Assembly: GCA_041666305.1 (NCBI GenBank)
Contig: JBAYHD010000002.1
Coordinates: forward strand, 64,684-128,683
Direction: 5' to 3'
Origin: Minisyncoccota bacterium
GTDB lineage: Bacteria; Patescibacteriota; Minisyncoccia; Phycocordibacterales; Phycocordibacteraceae
DNA: 64,000 nucleotides
Part shown: in pieces, positions 50,444-58,065 of the stretch
Layout: the number at the start of each line of letters is the position of its first letter
Position numbering within the stretch: position 1 is the stretch's first letter
Translations under genes and position numbers: made by a program
Notes under the pieces: generated by a model
Seen by the model: only the letters and a program-made list of their open reading frames with translations
What the model was told of the DNA's origin: nothing
Databases searched by the model: none

Positions 50444-51307
50444 ATGCCCCAACCGCATAACCCAGAACATTCGCAGACGAATGAACGGGCGCAGAGCCGT
50501 TTCGCATACTTCGGCACGCCGAACGTTGCAAGCGAAACGCTTGCAAGGCTCATTGAGCATGGTTTCATTCCCGAACTCGTCGTGACGTCACCGGACGCGC
50601 CGAGGGACCGCGGCCACGTGCTCACGCCATCGCCCACGAAAACGCTTGCGCTCTCGCGCGGCATCAAGGTGCTCACGCCGGCGCGTCTCGACACAGAGAC
50701 GATAGCAGAGATACGCGCGTGCAAATGCGATTACGCGGTCGTCGTTGCGTACGGCAAAATATTTCCTGAAGAATTGATCCAATCATTTCCGCTCGGCGTG
50801 CTGAATGTGCATTACTCGCTCTTGCCAAAATATCGCGGCGCAACGCCGCTTGAAGCCGCACTCCTCGCAGGAGAAAAAGAGACCGGCGTGACCATACAAA
50901 AGATGGTGAAAGAATTGGACGCTGGCGACATCATTGAGCAGAAAGCGACCGAAATAGAATCCGACGAAACCGCGCGCGAACTGAGGCCTCGACTTATCAT
51001 CATAGGCGCTGAACTATTGGCTGAGGCACTTCCTCGTTTCGCGGGCGGTTTTATAACACCGGTCCCGCAAGATGATTCAAAAGCGACGCGCGCGGGAAAA
51101 TTAAAAAAGGAAGACGGTCTCCTCTCATTCGACGCACCGGCCGAAGAGAATTGGAACAAATATCGCGCCTATGCCGACAGTATCGGTACGTATTTTTTTG
51201 AGAATGGAAAACGAAAGAAAATAACAAAAGCGTCGTTTACGAACGGAAAGTTCGTCGTTGAACGCGTCATTCCCGAGGGAAGAAACGAAACGGATTATCG
51301 CGGCTAG
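50444..51307 (+). CDS. fmt: Methionyl-tRNA formyltransferase
   Basis: YFGTP, VVAYGKI, NVHYSLLPKYRGATP, LDAGDI; start uncertain. Confidence 0.93.
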   Translation: MPQPHNPEHSQTNERAQSRFAYFGTPNVASETLARLIEHGFIPELVVTSPDAPRDRGHVLTPSPTKTLALSRGIKVLTPARLDTETIAEIRACKCDYAVVVAYGKIFPEELIQSFPLGVLNVHYSLLPKYRGATPLEAALLAGEKETGVTIQKMVKELDAGDIIEQKATEIESDETARELRPRLIIIGAELLAEALPRFAGGFITPVPQDDSKATRAGKLKKEDGLLSFDAPAEENWNKYRAYADSIGTYFFENGKRKKITKASFTNGKFVVERVIPEGRNETDYRG

Positions 51308-51666
51308 CGGCCGAAACGAAGCATTCTCTTGACTGCAGAGTGACCCCGCTTCCAAAGCGTATGGGCACGCCCGCGCGAATGGCGTATCTCCGCTTCAAGC
51401 TCGCTGCGCACTTTATCTGCCGCACTTTCAGGATTGGGCTTCACCGCCTCGGCATGATACACGTTGCCGTCGAGTGCGAGTCGCGCCACAACCCGGCACG
51501 GCTCGGATGAGCGCCCTTCCGCCGGCGCCTGCTCTACTTCTATCTCAAGCAATGCCCTATCACTTTCGTTTCCAAGAAGACGGAGCGGCGCCGCAAGCTT
51601 CTCTTCTATCAATGCCTCCGTTTCGGGACTGAGCGTATATTTTGTCGCCTTGATAGTGATATTCAT
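51304..51666 (-). CDS. hpf: Ribosome hibernation factor (HPF/RaiA family)
   Basis: MNITIKAT..L...IEEKL..L; fold pattern ending AAD.V..ELE..I. Confidence 0.75.
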   Translation of the reverse strand: MNITIKATKYTLSPETEALIEEKLAAPLRLLGNESDRALLEIEVEQAPAEGRSSEPCRVVARLALDGNVYHAEAVKPNPESAADKVRSELEAEIRHSRGRAHTLWKRGHSAVKRMLRFGR

Positions 51667-51677
51667 GGTGAGAAAGG

Positions 51678-51899
51678 TCAGCTAGTAGTGACACTTATCA
51701 TTTTAGCCCGAGAACGGTGTCCTGTCAGGATGCGCACCTTGCCGAGCGGCGCCTTGAAGCGCTCTGCGACGAGCTCGCGCACGCGGGTATTGGCGAGATT
51801 TTGCGTAGCTGGCTCTCGCACTGAAATCCGTAAGGTATCACCTTTTTCTTCAATCTTTTCTTTCTTTGCGCCCGGAGTGACGAATACCTTGATGAACAT
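51678..51899 (-). CDS. DUF167 (YggU-like) protein
   Basis: VTPGAKKE, V.EPA..NLAN, I..GH.SR.K. Confidence 0.85.
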   Translation of the reverse strand: MFIKVFVTPGAKKEKIEEKGDTLRISVREPATQNLANTRVRELVAERFKAPLGKVRILTGHRSRAKMISVTTS

Positions 51900-52169
51900 T
51901 TAGAAAGGATTGCACACGCCGGAGGTCTTCGGTGCATTTTCTTTTCCGCTTCGCAGATAGGCGACGATATCATCCGATTCATACATCTCCACGCCTTTCT
52001 CGCCGTCCACAAGATACGGCACTTGGCGCTTCCCGCCGCGTTTTATGAGTTCCTCTGCGACATTCGGCTCCGCAATATTTTTTTGGTCGAACGAAATGCC
52101 GAGCTCTTCGCCAGCGGCAAGCACCTTATGGCAGAACGGGCATCCGGTTTTTACATAGAGAGTCAGCAT
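51900..52169 (-). CDS. Glutaredoxin-like protein
   Basis: CPFC, QVPYL, MYESDDI. Confidence 0.9.
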   Translation of the reverse strand: MLTLYVKTGCPFCHKVLAAGEELGISFDQKNIAEPNVAEELIKRGGKRQVPYLVDGEKGVEMYESDDIVAYLRSGKENAPKTSGVCNPF

Positions 52170-52199
52170 GCTTTTAGGATAGCATTCTTTGCTCCGCGG

Positions 52200-52372
52200 G
52201 TAAGCGTTTCTTGCACGCTTTCCCGCGTTCGCCTCGCTCGAAAACAGAAGCCGTGGGTGCCCCGCTTGTAAGCGTTGCTTGCACGCTTTCCCGCGTTCGC
52301 CTCGCTCGAAAACAGAAGCCGTGGGTGCCCCGCTTGTAAGCGTTGCTTGCACGCTTTCCCGCGTTCGCCTCG
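52200..52372. repeat. Tandem repeat, 68-bp unit, about 2.5 copies, downstream of tRNA-Asn
   Basis: Units start at 52200, 52268 and 52336 (gtaagcgttgcttgcacgctttcccgcgttcgcctcg...). Confidence 0.9.
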
Positions 52373-52419
52373 GATAAAAAGAAACCGCCCTCAGAAGGGC
52401 GTTTCTTTTTGATCCTCGG

Positions 52420-52714
52420 CTCCGCGGGTAGGATTCGAACCTACGACCAACTCGTTACATCTTGTCCGCTATTACTAACGGGATGGACTATATCATCACC
52501 GGTTCTCGGTGCGAGGCGCTTCGACCTCTCGGTCTACTCCCTTGCGGGATAGTCTCTGAACCTTTCTCGAAACATTTCGGGACTTGGCTGCTGATTGCCC
52601 GCGTCTTTCTCGTTTGGGTTTCCAGCAATTCACCTCGTTCTTCATTCCCGAATTCCTTCGGGAAGCTGCGTTTCTTGGCCACAGCGAGCCGCTCTACCAC
52701 TGAGCTACCGCGGA
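52420..52714 (-). tRNA. tRNA-Asn (GTT) interrupted by a group I intron
   Basis: 5' exon 52714-52681 (TCCGCGG...GCTCGCTGT) and 3' exon 52457-52420 (TAACGAGT...GGTTCGAATCC..CCGCGGAG) join to a cloverleaf with anticodon GTT. Confidence 0.92.
52458..52680 (-). ncRNA. Group I self-splicing intron (223 nt) at anticodon position 35/36
   Basis: P1 GCUGU/GCAGC with U.G at the 5' splice site; P AATTGCTGGAAA, Q AATCAGCAGCC, R TCAGAGACTA, S GATATAGTCC; terminal G. Confidence 0.9.
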
Positions 52715-52805
52715 AGGTAAACACCGATTAATGTAACCGGCTTATGATCAGTATACACAGACATATGTGGAAAACAACATTAACACTAAGTGTTATACTG
52801 TGAGC

Positions 52806-53147
52806 GTGGAGAAAATTTGCAAGATTCATGGATTAACAAAGTTCTTCCCTAGAACAGAAGGGTGGTATCGCTGTGGAAAGTGCGCCTCGGTAGCCGTCAT
52901 ACAAAATCGCAGACGTAAAAAAGAAAAATTGGTCGAATTATTTGGTGGGAAGTGTTCAATCTGTGGATATAGGAGGTATGTGGGGTCATTAGATTTTCAT
53001 CATATGGATCCGAAAAACAAATCCTTTGCTCTCAGTGTCAAAGGTCTGTGCTATTCATGGGGTTCAATTCTCAAGGAAGCTGAAAAGTGTGTTTTAGTTT
53101 GTAAGAATTGTCATGCAGAAATTGAAGGCGGCATTACAAAGTTATAG
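52806..53147 (+). CDS. Free-standing HNH endonuclease with N-terminal Zn-ribbon
   Basis: CKIH..CGKC, GGKCSICGY..LDFHH.DP..K.F..EAEKCVLVCKNCHAE; AT-rich; GTG start 6 nt after TATACT (alternative start 52767). Confidence 0.85.
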   Translation: MEKICKIHGLTKFFPRTEGWYRCGKCASVAVIQNRRRKKEKLVELFGGKCSICGYRRYVGSLDFHHMDPKNKSFALSVKGLCYSWGSILKEAEKCVLVCKNCHAEIEGGITKL

Positions 53148-53156
53148 TATAAAAAC

Positions 53157-53702
53157 ATGGCCTTCACTCTCACCAGTCCTGCATTTGAAAACAACGGGAT
53201 GATACCCGCGAAATACACGTGCGACGGCAACCGCGAACTTTCGCCGCCCCTCATCATTTCCGACGTACCCGAGATGGCGAAATCACTCGTGCTCATCATG
53301 GACGATCCAGACATTCCAGAAGTGAAAAAAGAGGAATTCGGAATTTCTGCGTTTGACCATTGGACTCTTTTCAACATTCCTCCGGAAACACGCGAGATAC
53401 CCGAAGGAGGAACGGTGGGAACACCGGGAGCCACCACTGGAGGCGAGTTGCGGTACACGGGTCCCTGTCCACCGCCGAGATTTTCAAGGAGTGCAACGAC
53501 TATGAAAATCCAAGTGGGGTCATGTACTCATGAGCCCCCGCCGGAGCACGAACCAAGCGAACATCGCTATATCTTCAAGCTTTATGCGCTCATTGCTCCG
53601 CTTGAACTTCCGACCGGCGCAAGAAAAGAACAGGTGCTTGACGCACTTGCTCCGCTTTTGCTGGCGGAAACGGAACTCATCGGCCGTTATTCCAGAAAAT
53701 AA
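53157..53702 (+). CDS. YbhB/YbcL (PEBP/RKIP) family protein with in-frame insertion
   Basis: SPAF, IPAKYTCDG, DDPD, HW, YTGPCPP, HRYIFKLYAL. Confidence 0.9.
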   Translation: MAFTLTSPAFENNGMIPAKYTCDGNRELSPPLIISDVPEMAKSLVLIMDDPDIPEVKKEEFGISAFDHWTLFNIPPETREIPEGGTVGTPGATTGGELRYTGPCPPPRFSRSATTMKIQVGSCTHEPPPEHEPSEHRYIFKLYALIAPLELPTGARKEQVLDALAPLLLAETELIGRYSRK

Positions 53703-53705
53703 CGC

Positions 53706-53987
53706 CTACTTATCCATCAATTTTTTAAATCCGAAGAACACGAGAAGCATGCCGGTGAGCAGGACAAGACGATGGACGAAATGAACGACTCCCTCAACGC
53801 CCATGTCTGAGCTTAAGAAATAGAGACCGATCGTCTCAATGAACTGAGACAGTCCAACAATGATTATCCCGTAACCGACCATAGTTAACGCTTCGCCTAT
53901 AACTCCTCCGTATCCGGTCAATTTCAAGAGAACCCAAATTGATAGTATGGCGATCAATACGTCGAACGAAAGAGTTATCATGTCCAT
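53706..53987 (-). CDS. Small membrane protein
   Basis: 3 TM helices. Confidence 0.65.
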   Translation of the reverse strand: MDMITLSFDVLIAILSIWVLLKLTGYGGVIGEALTMVGYGIIIVGLSQFIETIGLYFLSSDMGVEGVVHFVHRLVLLTGMLLVFFGFKKLMDK

Positions 53988-54035
53988 GCGATTAGTATAT
54001 ATGAGACTCTATGGTCAAAGTAAATCTATCCCCTG

Positions 54036-54389
54036 CTAGTCTTTTGGGTCAATCTTCCTCAGACGCATGCCGAAACGCGTAATGAGCACAAAACCGAGCC
54101 CCCACGCAATGGGAAGCCAATACGGCACGCCAAAAAGTGATGCCTCCGCCCATACTTGCTGATATCCAACGACGCGAAGTCCTATCTCTATAAAACTTCC
54201 GACGAGTATGCCTATGATAAAAAGGTACCTTTCGTTCTTATGGTCCTTCATGAGAAAGATAAGGAAACTGACCACAACGATGAACGCTGTGAGCGCAAGT
54301 TCGCTGAACCTGCCTGACGATTGCGAGACCAGAAATATGAACGACGCGATGATTGGTATGCCGAATTCCGCTGGTACATCTGACTTCAT
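54036..54389 (-). CDS. Membrane protein (DUF2878-like)
   Basis: 4 TM helices, GVPYWLPIAWG; TATACT 7 nt before ATG. Confidence 0.65.
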   Translation of the reverse strand: MKSDVPAEFGIPIIASFIFLVSQSSGRFSELALTAFIVVVSFLIFLMKDHKNERYLFIIGILVGSFIEIGLRVVGYQQVWAEASLFGVPYWLPIAWGLGFVLITRFGMRLRKIDPKD

Positions 54390-54484
54390 GTGTTTCAGTA
54401 TATACTCCGGCATCGCAAAATGCGATTGACGTATCCGAGCTTTTATGATTATATTTGTTCGTCCTAACCTGAAAGGAGAACGTA

Positions 54485-54691
54485 ATGGTCACAGCGTGGA
54501 CACCGCGACAAAAGCACCTTATGAGCCTTGTGGATGCCTACAACCGCACGCTACCGGTAGGCTACATACCGCCTCTGATAGCTAAAGCGAATGGCACACT
54601 CCACATCGTTGCCGAACAGATCGATGTTCCTCTCGAGGAGCTCGACTCGTTCCTCACGATGGTGAACGCCGAACTTCCGCCGGTCGACTGA
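54485..54691 (+). CDS. Small hypothetical protein
   Basis: TTGACG promoter, SD aaaggag, terminator hairpin near 54730-54765. Confidence 0.55.
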   Translation: MVTAWTPRQKHLMSLVDAYNRTLPVGYIPPLIAKANGTLHIVAEQIDVPLEELDSFLTMVNAELPPVD

Positions 54692-54881
54692 TGTAGGAGC
54701 CGAAAAACGATGCGGACCGCAACTAACGAACCGCCCGATGACATTACTCGGGCGGTCTTTTTTACTTGTGAAAGCACATAAAACTCTAAATTGACTTCCT
54801 TTTTCTAGGAGGGTAGCGTTGCCCTAGGACAGCGATTGGCCCTTTGCCATCGCTGAATTTCGGTCTTTGCAGGAGCTTGCT

Positions 54882-55103
54882 ATGAAATATTGGTCCGTTG
54901 ATACGTGGGTCATGATCATTACCATCGCTTTCTTTGGTAAAGGATTGGGAGTCTCTTCTATATTCGTTCTCTTCTCCATCCTCGGTGGTATCGTCTTCTT
55001 CGGACCGCTGGGGTTCGTGCTCGGCCCGCTGGTTCTCTCCGTATTCCTCTCGGTTGTTCGCGTATACGGCGGCGTTGAGCGGGAAAGAGCTAGCTCGTCA
55101 TAA
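54882..55103 (+). pseudogene. Fragment resembling the C-terminus of an AI-2E (PerM) family transporter
   Basis: GKGLGVSSIFVLFSILGGIVFFGPLGFVLGPLVLS in a 73-aa ORF with SD aggag. Confidence 0.55.
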
Positions 55104-55150
55104 GTACCGGAATATTGATTTCCTCAGCGATTTGTGGTATTGTTGCCCCA

Positions 55151-55384
55151 ATGAAGAAATACAGCGAGGAACTGCTCATAAGCGAGATGAGGATATCTCT
55201 TGCCGAATTTCTTACGTCCTATAACAAAAACTTACCGACGGGATTCCCGAAGGCTACAACCGTTCTGCTCAAAAAATTCAAAGAGACGCATCCTCTTTTT
55301 TTCAAGCACGGCGATCTGTGGTCGCTCGACGAACATCGAAAAAAGATCATCGATTGGCTCCCTCCGCGCGATCAGGCGTCCTAA
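55151..55384 (+). CDS. Small hypothetical protein
   Basis: SYNKNLP.GFPKAT...WSLDEHRKKIIDWL; -10-like box 7 nt upstream. Confidence 0.6.
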   Translation: MKKYSEELLISEMRISLAEFLTSYNKNLPTGFPKATTVLLKKFKETHPLFFKHGDLWSLDEHRKKIIDWLPPRDQAS

Positions 55385-55450
55385 TTGCTTTTTTTATAAT
55401 ATGTGGTAGTCTACTTCTACCAACATAGTGCTTGGAGAAAGGAGGTGGCC

Positions 55451-55615
55451 ATGAAGCAGTATTGCGAATGCAAAAACAGGGTCCTGTATCCTCGCAACAA
55501 GAAAGGAAAGAAAAAATGGGTTGCTCCTTCAAAAAACGACCACGAACTTTGTACGCGTTGTAGTACGCCGTACGTCCCTACCCGCCCGCATTGGCGGCGA
55601 AAGACTGTCCCGTGA
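55451..55615 (+). CDS. Small basic Cys-rich (CxC...CxxC) protein
   Basis: Strong SD aaaggaggt; YCEC...CTRC; terminator follows. Confidence 0.55.
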   Translation: MKQYCECKNRVLYPRNKKGKKKWVAPSKNDHELCTRCSTPYVPTRPHWRRKTVP

Positions 55616-55750
55616 GCCCGCTCGATATGAGCGGGCTCTATTCTTTATGCACGTGTCGCTATCTCAATTGACACGCGACATTGTGTGCGATATGGTCTCG
55701 AACGGACCAATTCGAGCGATTTGCTCATTGGCACACAAAGGAGGAACGCC

Positions 55751-56188
55751 ATGCATATGCAACCCGGAAGATGGTTGTACGGGCTTATCGCGAGTGTACT
55801 CTGCAGTATCGCACCGACGGCTACGGCACAAATCGTCGTCGCACGAGTCAGTATCACCGACCAAGAAATGATGGTGTATGTGGACAACGCACTTGAGCAC
55901 GTGTGGAAAGTGTCAACCGCGCGGCGCGGTTACAAAACACCACCCGGCTCGTACACGCCTTACTGGTTGAGCAAAAACCACCGCTCACGGAAATATGACA
56001 ACGCGCCGATGCCCTATGCCGTTTTCTTCCATGGCGGCTATGCCGTCCACGGAACGACGGAGATAAAAAGGCTCGGCCAGCGCGCTTCACACGGATGCGT
56101 TCGCCTCATGACCGAAAACGCCCGAACGTTGTACACGCTCGTTCAGCAATACGGCAAACAGAATGTGGCTATTGTCATTCTGCCGTGA
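55751..56188 (+). CDS. L,D-transpeptidase (YkuD domain)
   Basis: Signal peptide, VSTAR..TPPG, AVHGT, ASHGCVRL; SD aggagg. Confidence 0.92.
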   Translation: MHMQPGRWLYGLIASVLCSIAPTATAQIVVARVSITDQEMMVYVDNALEHVWKVSTARRGYKTPPGSYTPYWLSKNHRSRKYDNAPMPYAVFFHGGYAVHGTTEIKRLGQRASHGCVRLMTENARTLYTLVQQYGKQNVAIVILP

Positions 56189-56302
56189 AGGAGTCCTTTT
56201 TGGGAATGCTCTGTAATTCGTTTTGCAGGGCATTTTTCTTTCTCTGCAAGGGTTGTTCACTACTATCCGGTTTCAGGCCTTGGCTGGTGCTACCATACGG
56301 TC

Positions 56303-57121
56303 ATGGCAAATACGTTTGACCGATTTTTGAACGCGTACTCGCTCCTTATCATTAACCTCCTCATCATCGTGCTTGCGCTGACCGTGGGCGGCGGGCTCTA
56401 TTTCTTCGAGACCGGCCTCATACATCTCATCGCGCTCATTTTCATCGCGCTTGCGGTGCTGCGCATCATCTATCATCACTACACGTACGACCCGATATTG
56501 GAGAAATTCGTGCACGCGAGCTTATTCGCCCTCATCGTTTTCGCGGGTTCACACATCATCGAATACATCAGCATGATGTTCCTCAATCGATATCAAGACG
56601 CCGTCTTCGCGAATGTCGGAAATTTCTATCTCATCGGCACGTTCTCCATCATCATTGGTGCTACCTATTTCTCCGGCATAAATCATCGGACCTATGCTTC
56701 TTTTCTGAGGATGCTGTCGTACGCATTCATAGCCGGGTTCTTCCTTTTCTCCGTCTTTTTATTCGCTAATGACCGAGCGATCGGTCTCGAGGTGGAGGAT
56801 CCGGCTCCGTTCCTTTATGCTCTTATGCTCGTCATTGCAGGCGTGCTCGCGGTCATAGAAATAGTAAAAATTCGCCGTCTCACCCCAATCATGCACGGTT
56901 TTACGACCTACCTGCTCGGCGGTCTGGTATTGCTACTTATCGCTATTCTTCCAAATATTTTCTACGACTTTTTGGCGATCGCCGGCGTGCCAAGTTATAT
57001 GTCCATATATTCGAGCCATTTCTTGTTCTATGCGGCATTGAGTTTGTTCTTCCTCGCATTCAAGAAATTGTCATACATGGGCGGCGTATATGAGGACTTG
57101 AAAGCGGTCGACGTGCACTAA
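56303..57121 (+). CDS. Multi-pass membrane protein
   Basis: About 9 TM helices with intramembrane His/Glu. Confidence 0.75.
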   Translation: MANTFDRFLNAYSLLIINLLIIVLALTVGGGLYFFETGLIHLIALIFIALAVLRIIYHHYTYDPILEKFVHASLFALIVFAGSHIIEYISMMFLNRYQDAVFANVGNFYLIGTFSIIIGATYFSGINHRTYASFLRMLSYAFIAGFFLFSVFLFANDRAIGLEVEDPAPFLYALMLVIAGVLAVIEIVKIRRLTPIMHGFTTYLLGGLVLLLIAILPNIFYDFLAIAGVPSYMSIYSSHFLFYAALSLFFLAFKKLSYMGGVYEDLKAVDVH

Positions 57122-57122
57122 C

Positions 57123-57581
57123 ATGGAACAACCTCCTTCAACTGAAACCGCGAGCAAGAAACGACCGTGGTGGCAGTGGGCCATCATATACCTCATCCCT
57201 GCCCTGCTCGTATACGGACTGGTGCAGTACGGCATGCAGTCAAACAAAGACGGCTCGTCGTTGCCCGTACTCACTCTTCCTTCAAAGGGGCAAGTGGTCA
57301 CGTTCACCGATTCCGGGTTTTCTCCGGGCGTACTCGACATTACGAAGGGAACGGTCGTTGAATTCAAAAATGCCTCGTCAAAGAGTATGCGAGTCGCATC
57401 CAATCCTCATCCCATACACGACGAATATCCCGCGCGCGGCGGATGCATCTCGAGCACATTCGATTCTTGTACCAACATTCCGCCGGGCGGAACATGGCTA
57501 TTCCAGTTCGATTTCACCGGCACCTGGGGATACCACGATCACCTGAATTCCACCGACATGGGTACCATCGTCGTTCAATAG
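57123..57581 (+). CDS. Membrane-anchored cupredoxin-like protein
   Basis: GFSP..L.I.KGT.V.F.N, ASNPHPIH, GTWGYHDHLN. Confidence 0.75.
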   Translation: MEQPPSTETASKKRPWWQWAIIYLIPALLVYGLVQYGMQSNKDGSSLPVLTLPSKGQVVTFTDSGFSPGVLDITKGTVVEFKNASSKSMRVASNPHPIHDEYPARGGCISSTFDSCTNIPPGGTWLFQFDFTGTWGYHDHLNSTDMGTIVVQ

Positions 57582-57590
57582 ACTCTTTGT

Positions 57591-57624
57591 ATGAAAAAAC
57601 AGCCCCCACGGGCTGTTTTTTCAT
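57591..57624. terminator. Bidirectional terminator
   Basis: atgaaaaaacagccc-ccac-gggctgttttttcat between convergent genes. Confidence 0.8.
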
Positions 57625-57646
57625 TTCTCTCACTTACGAGTAGCGA

Positions 57647-57973
57647 CTATTTTTTCGTCGTCGTTGCTCCCGGAGCTGCGGTGTAGGCCCAGTTGCTCAT
57701 CATGCCCGGTCCGCTAACGTAATAGGTTTGTGCCCTATTGCCGGCGTATCCGCTCATCATGCCGTATCCATAACCGCCGCCGTAATACGCATTGCGGATA
57801 GCGCTTTTCAACTCTCCGAACTGGACGCCACACCAGAAAATGAAAAGTGCGACCGCTATCTTGATGATGATGTGCATCCAGTGATGCTGTGCGCACATCC
57901 CTCCTCCCATCCAACCTTTCTCACACATCGAACATCCTCCCTTCATGTCTTTATCCATACATTTTTTGTTCAT
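57647..57973 (-). CDS. Small membrane protein with Gly/Met/Tyr-rich tail
   Basis: TM FIFWCGVQFGELK, GYGMM repeats. Confidence 0.65.
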   Translation of the reverse strand: MNKKCMDKDMKGGCSMCEKGWMGGGMCAQHHWMHIIIKIAVALFIFWCGVQFGELKSAIRNAYYGGGYGYGMMSGYAGNRAQTYYVSGPGMMSNWAYTAAPGATTTKK

Positions 57974-58015
57974 TACATTTTATGTTTTCAGTATACTCTA
58001 TCCCACATGCATAAG

Positions 58016-58043
58016 AAAAACCCCGGTCAGTTGAGACCGGGGC
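58016..58043 (-). terminator. Terminator of the GHKL operon
   Basis: ccccggtc-agtt-gagaccgggg followed by a T tract on the minus strand. Confidence 0.7.
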
Positions 58044-58065
58044 TGTCACACGTAATCCGTGTCAA

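Noticed and set aside
52200-52372. CRISPR-like spacing (37-bp repeat, 31-bp spacer)
   Set aside because: Both spacers are identical and no cas genes are present; it is a tandem duplication
52488-52731. ORFs on both strands over the tRNA-Asn locus
   Set aside because: Explained by the tRNA exons and the ORF-less group I intron
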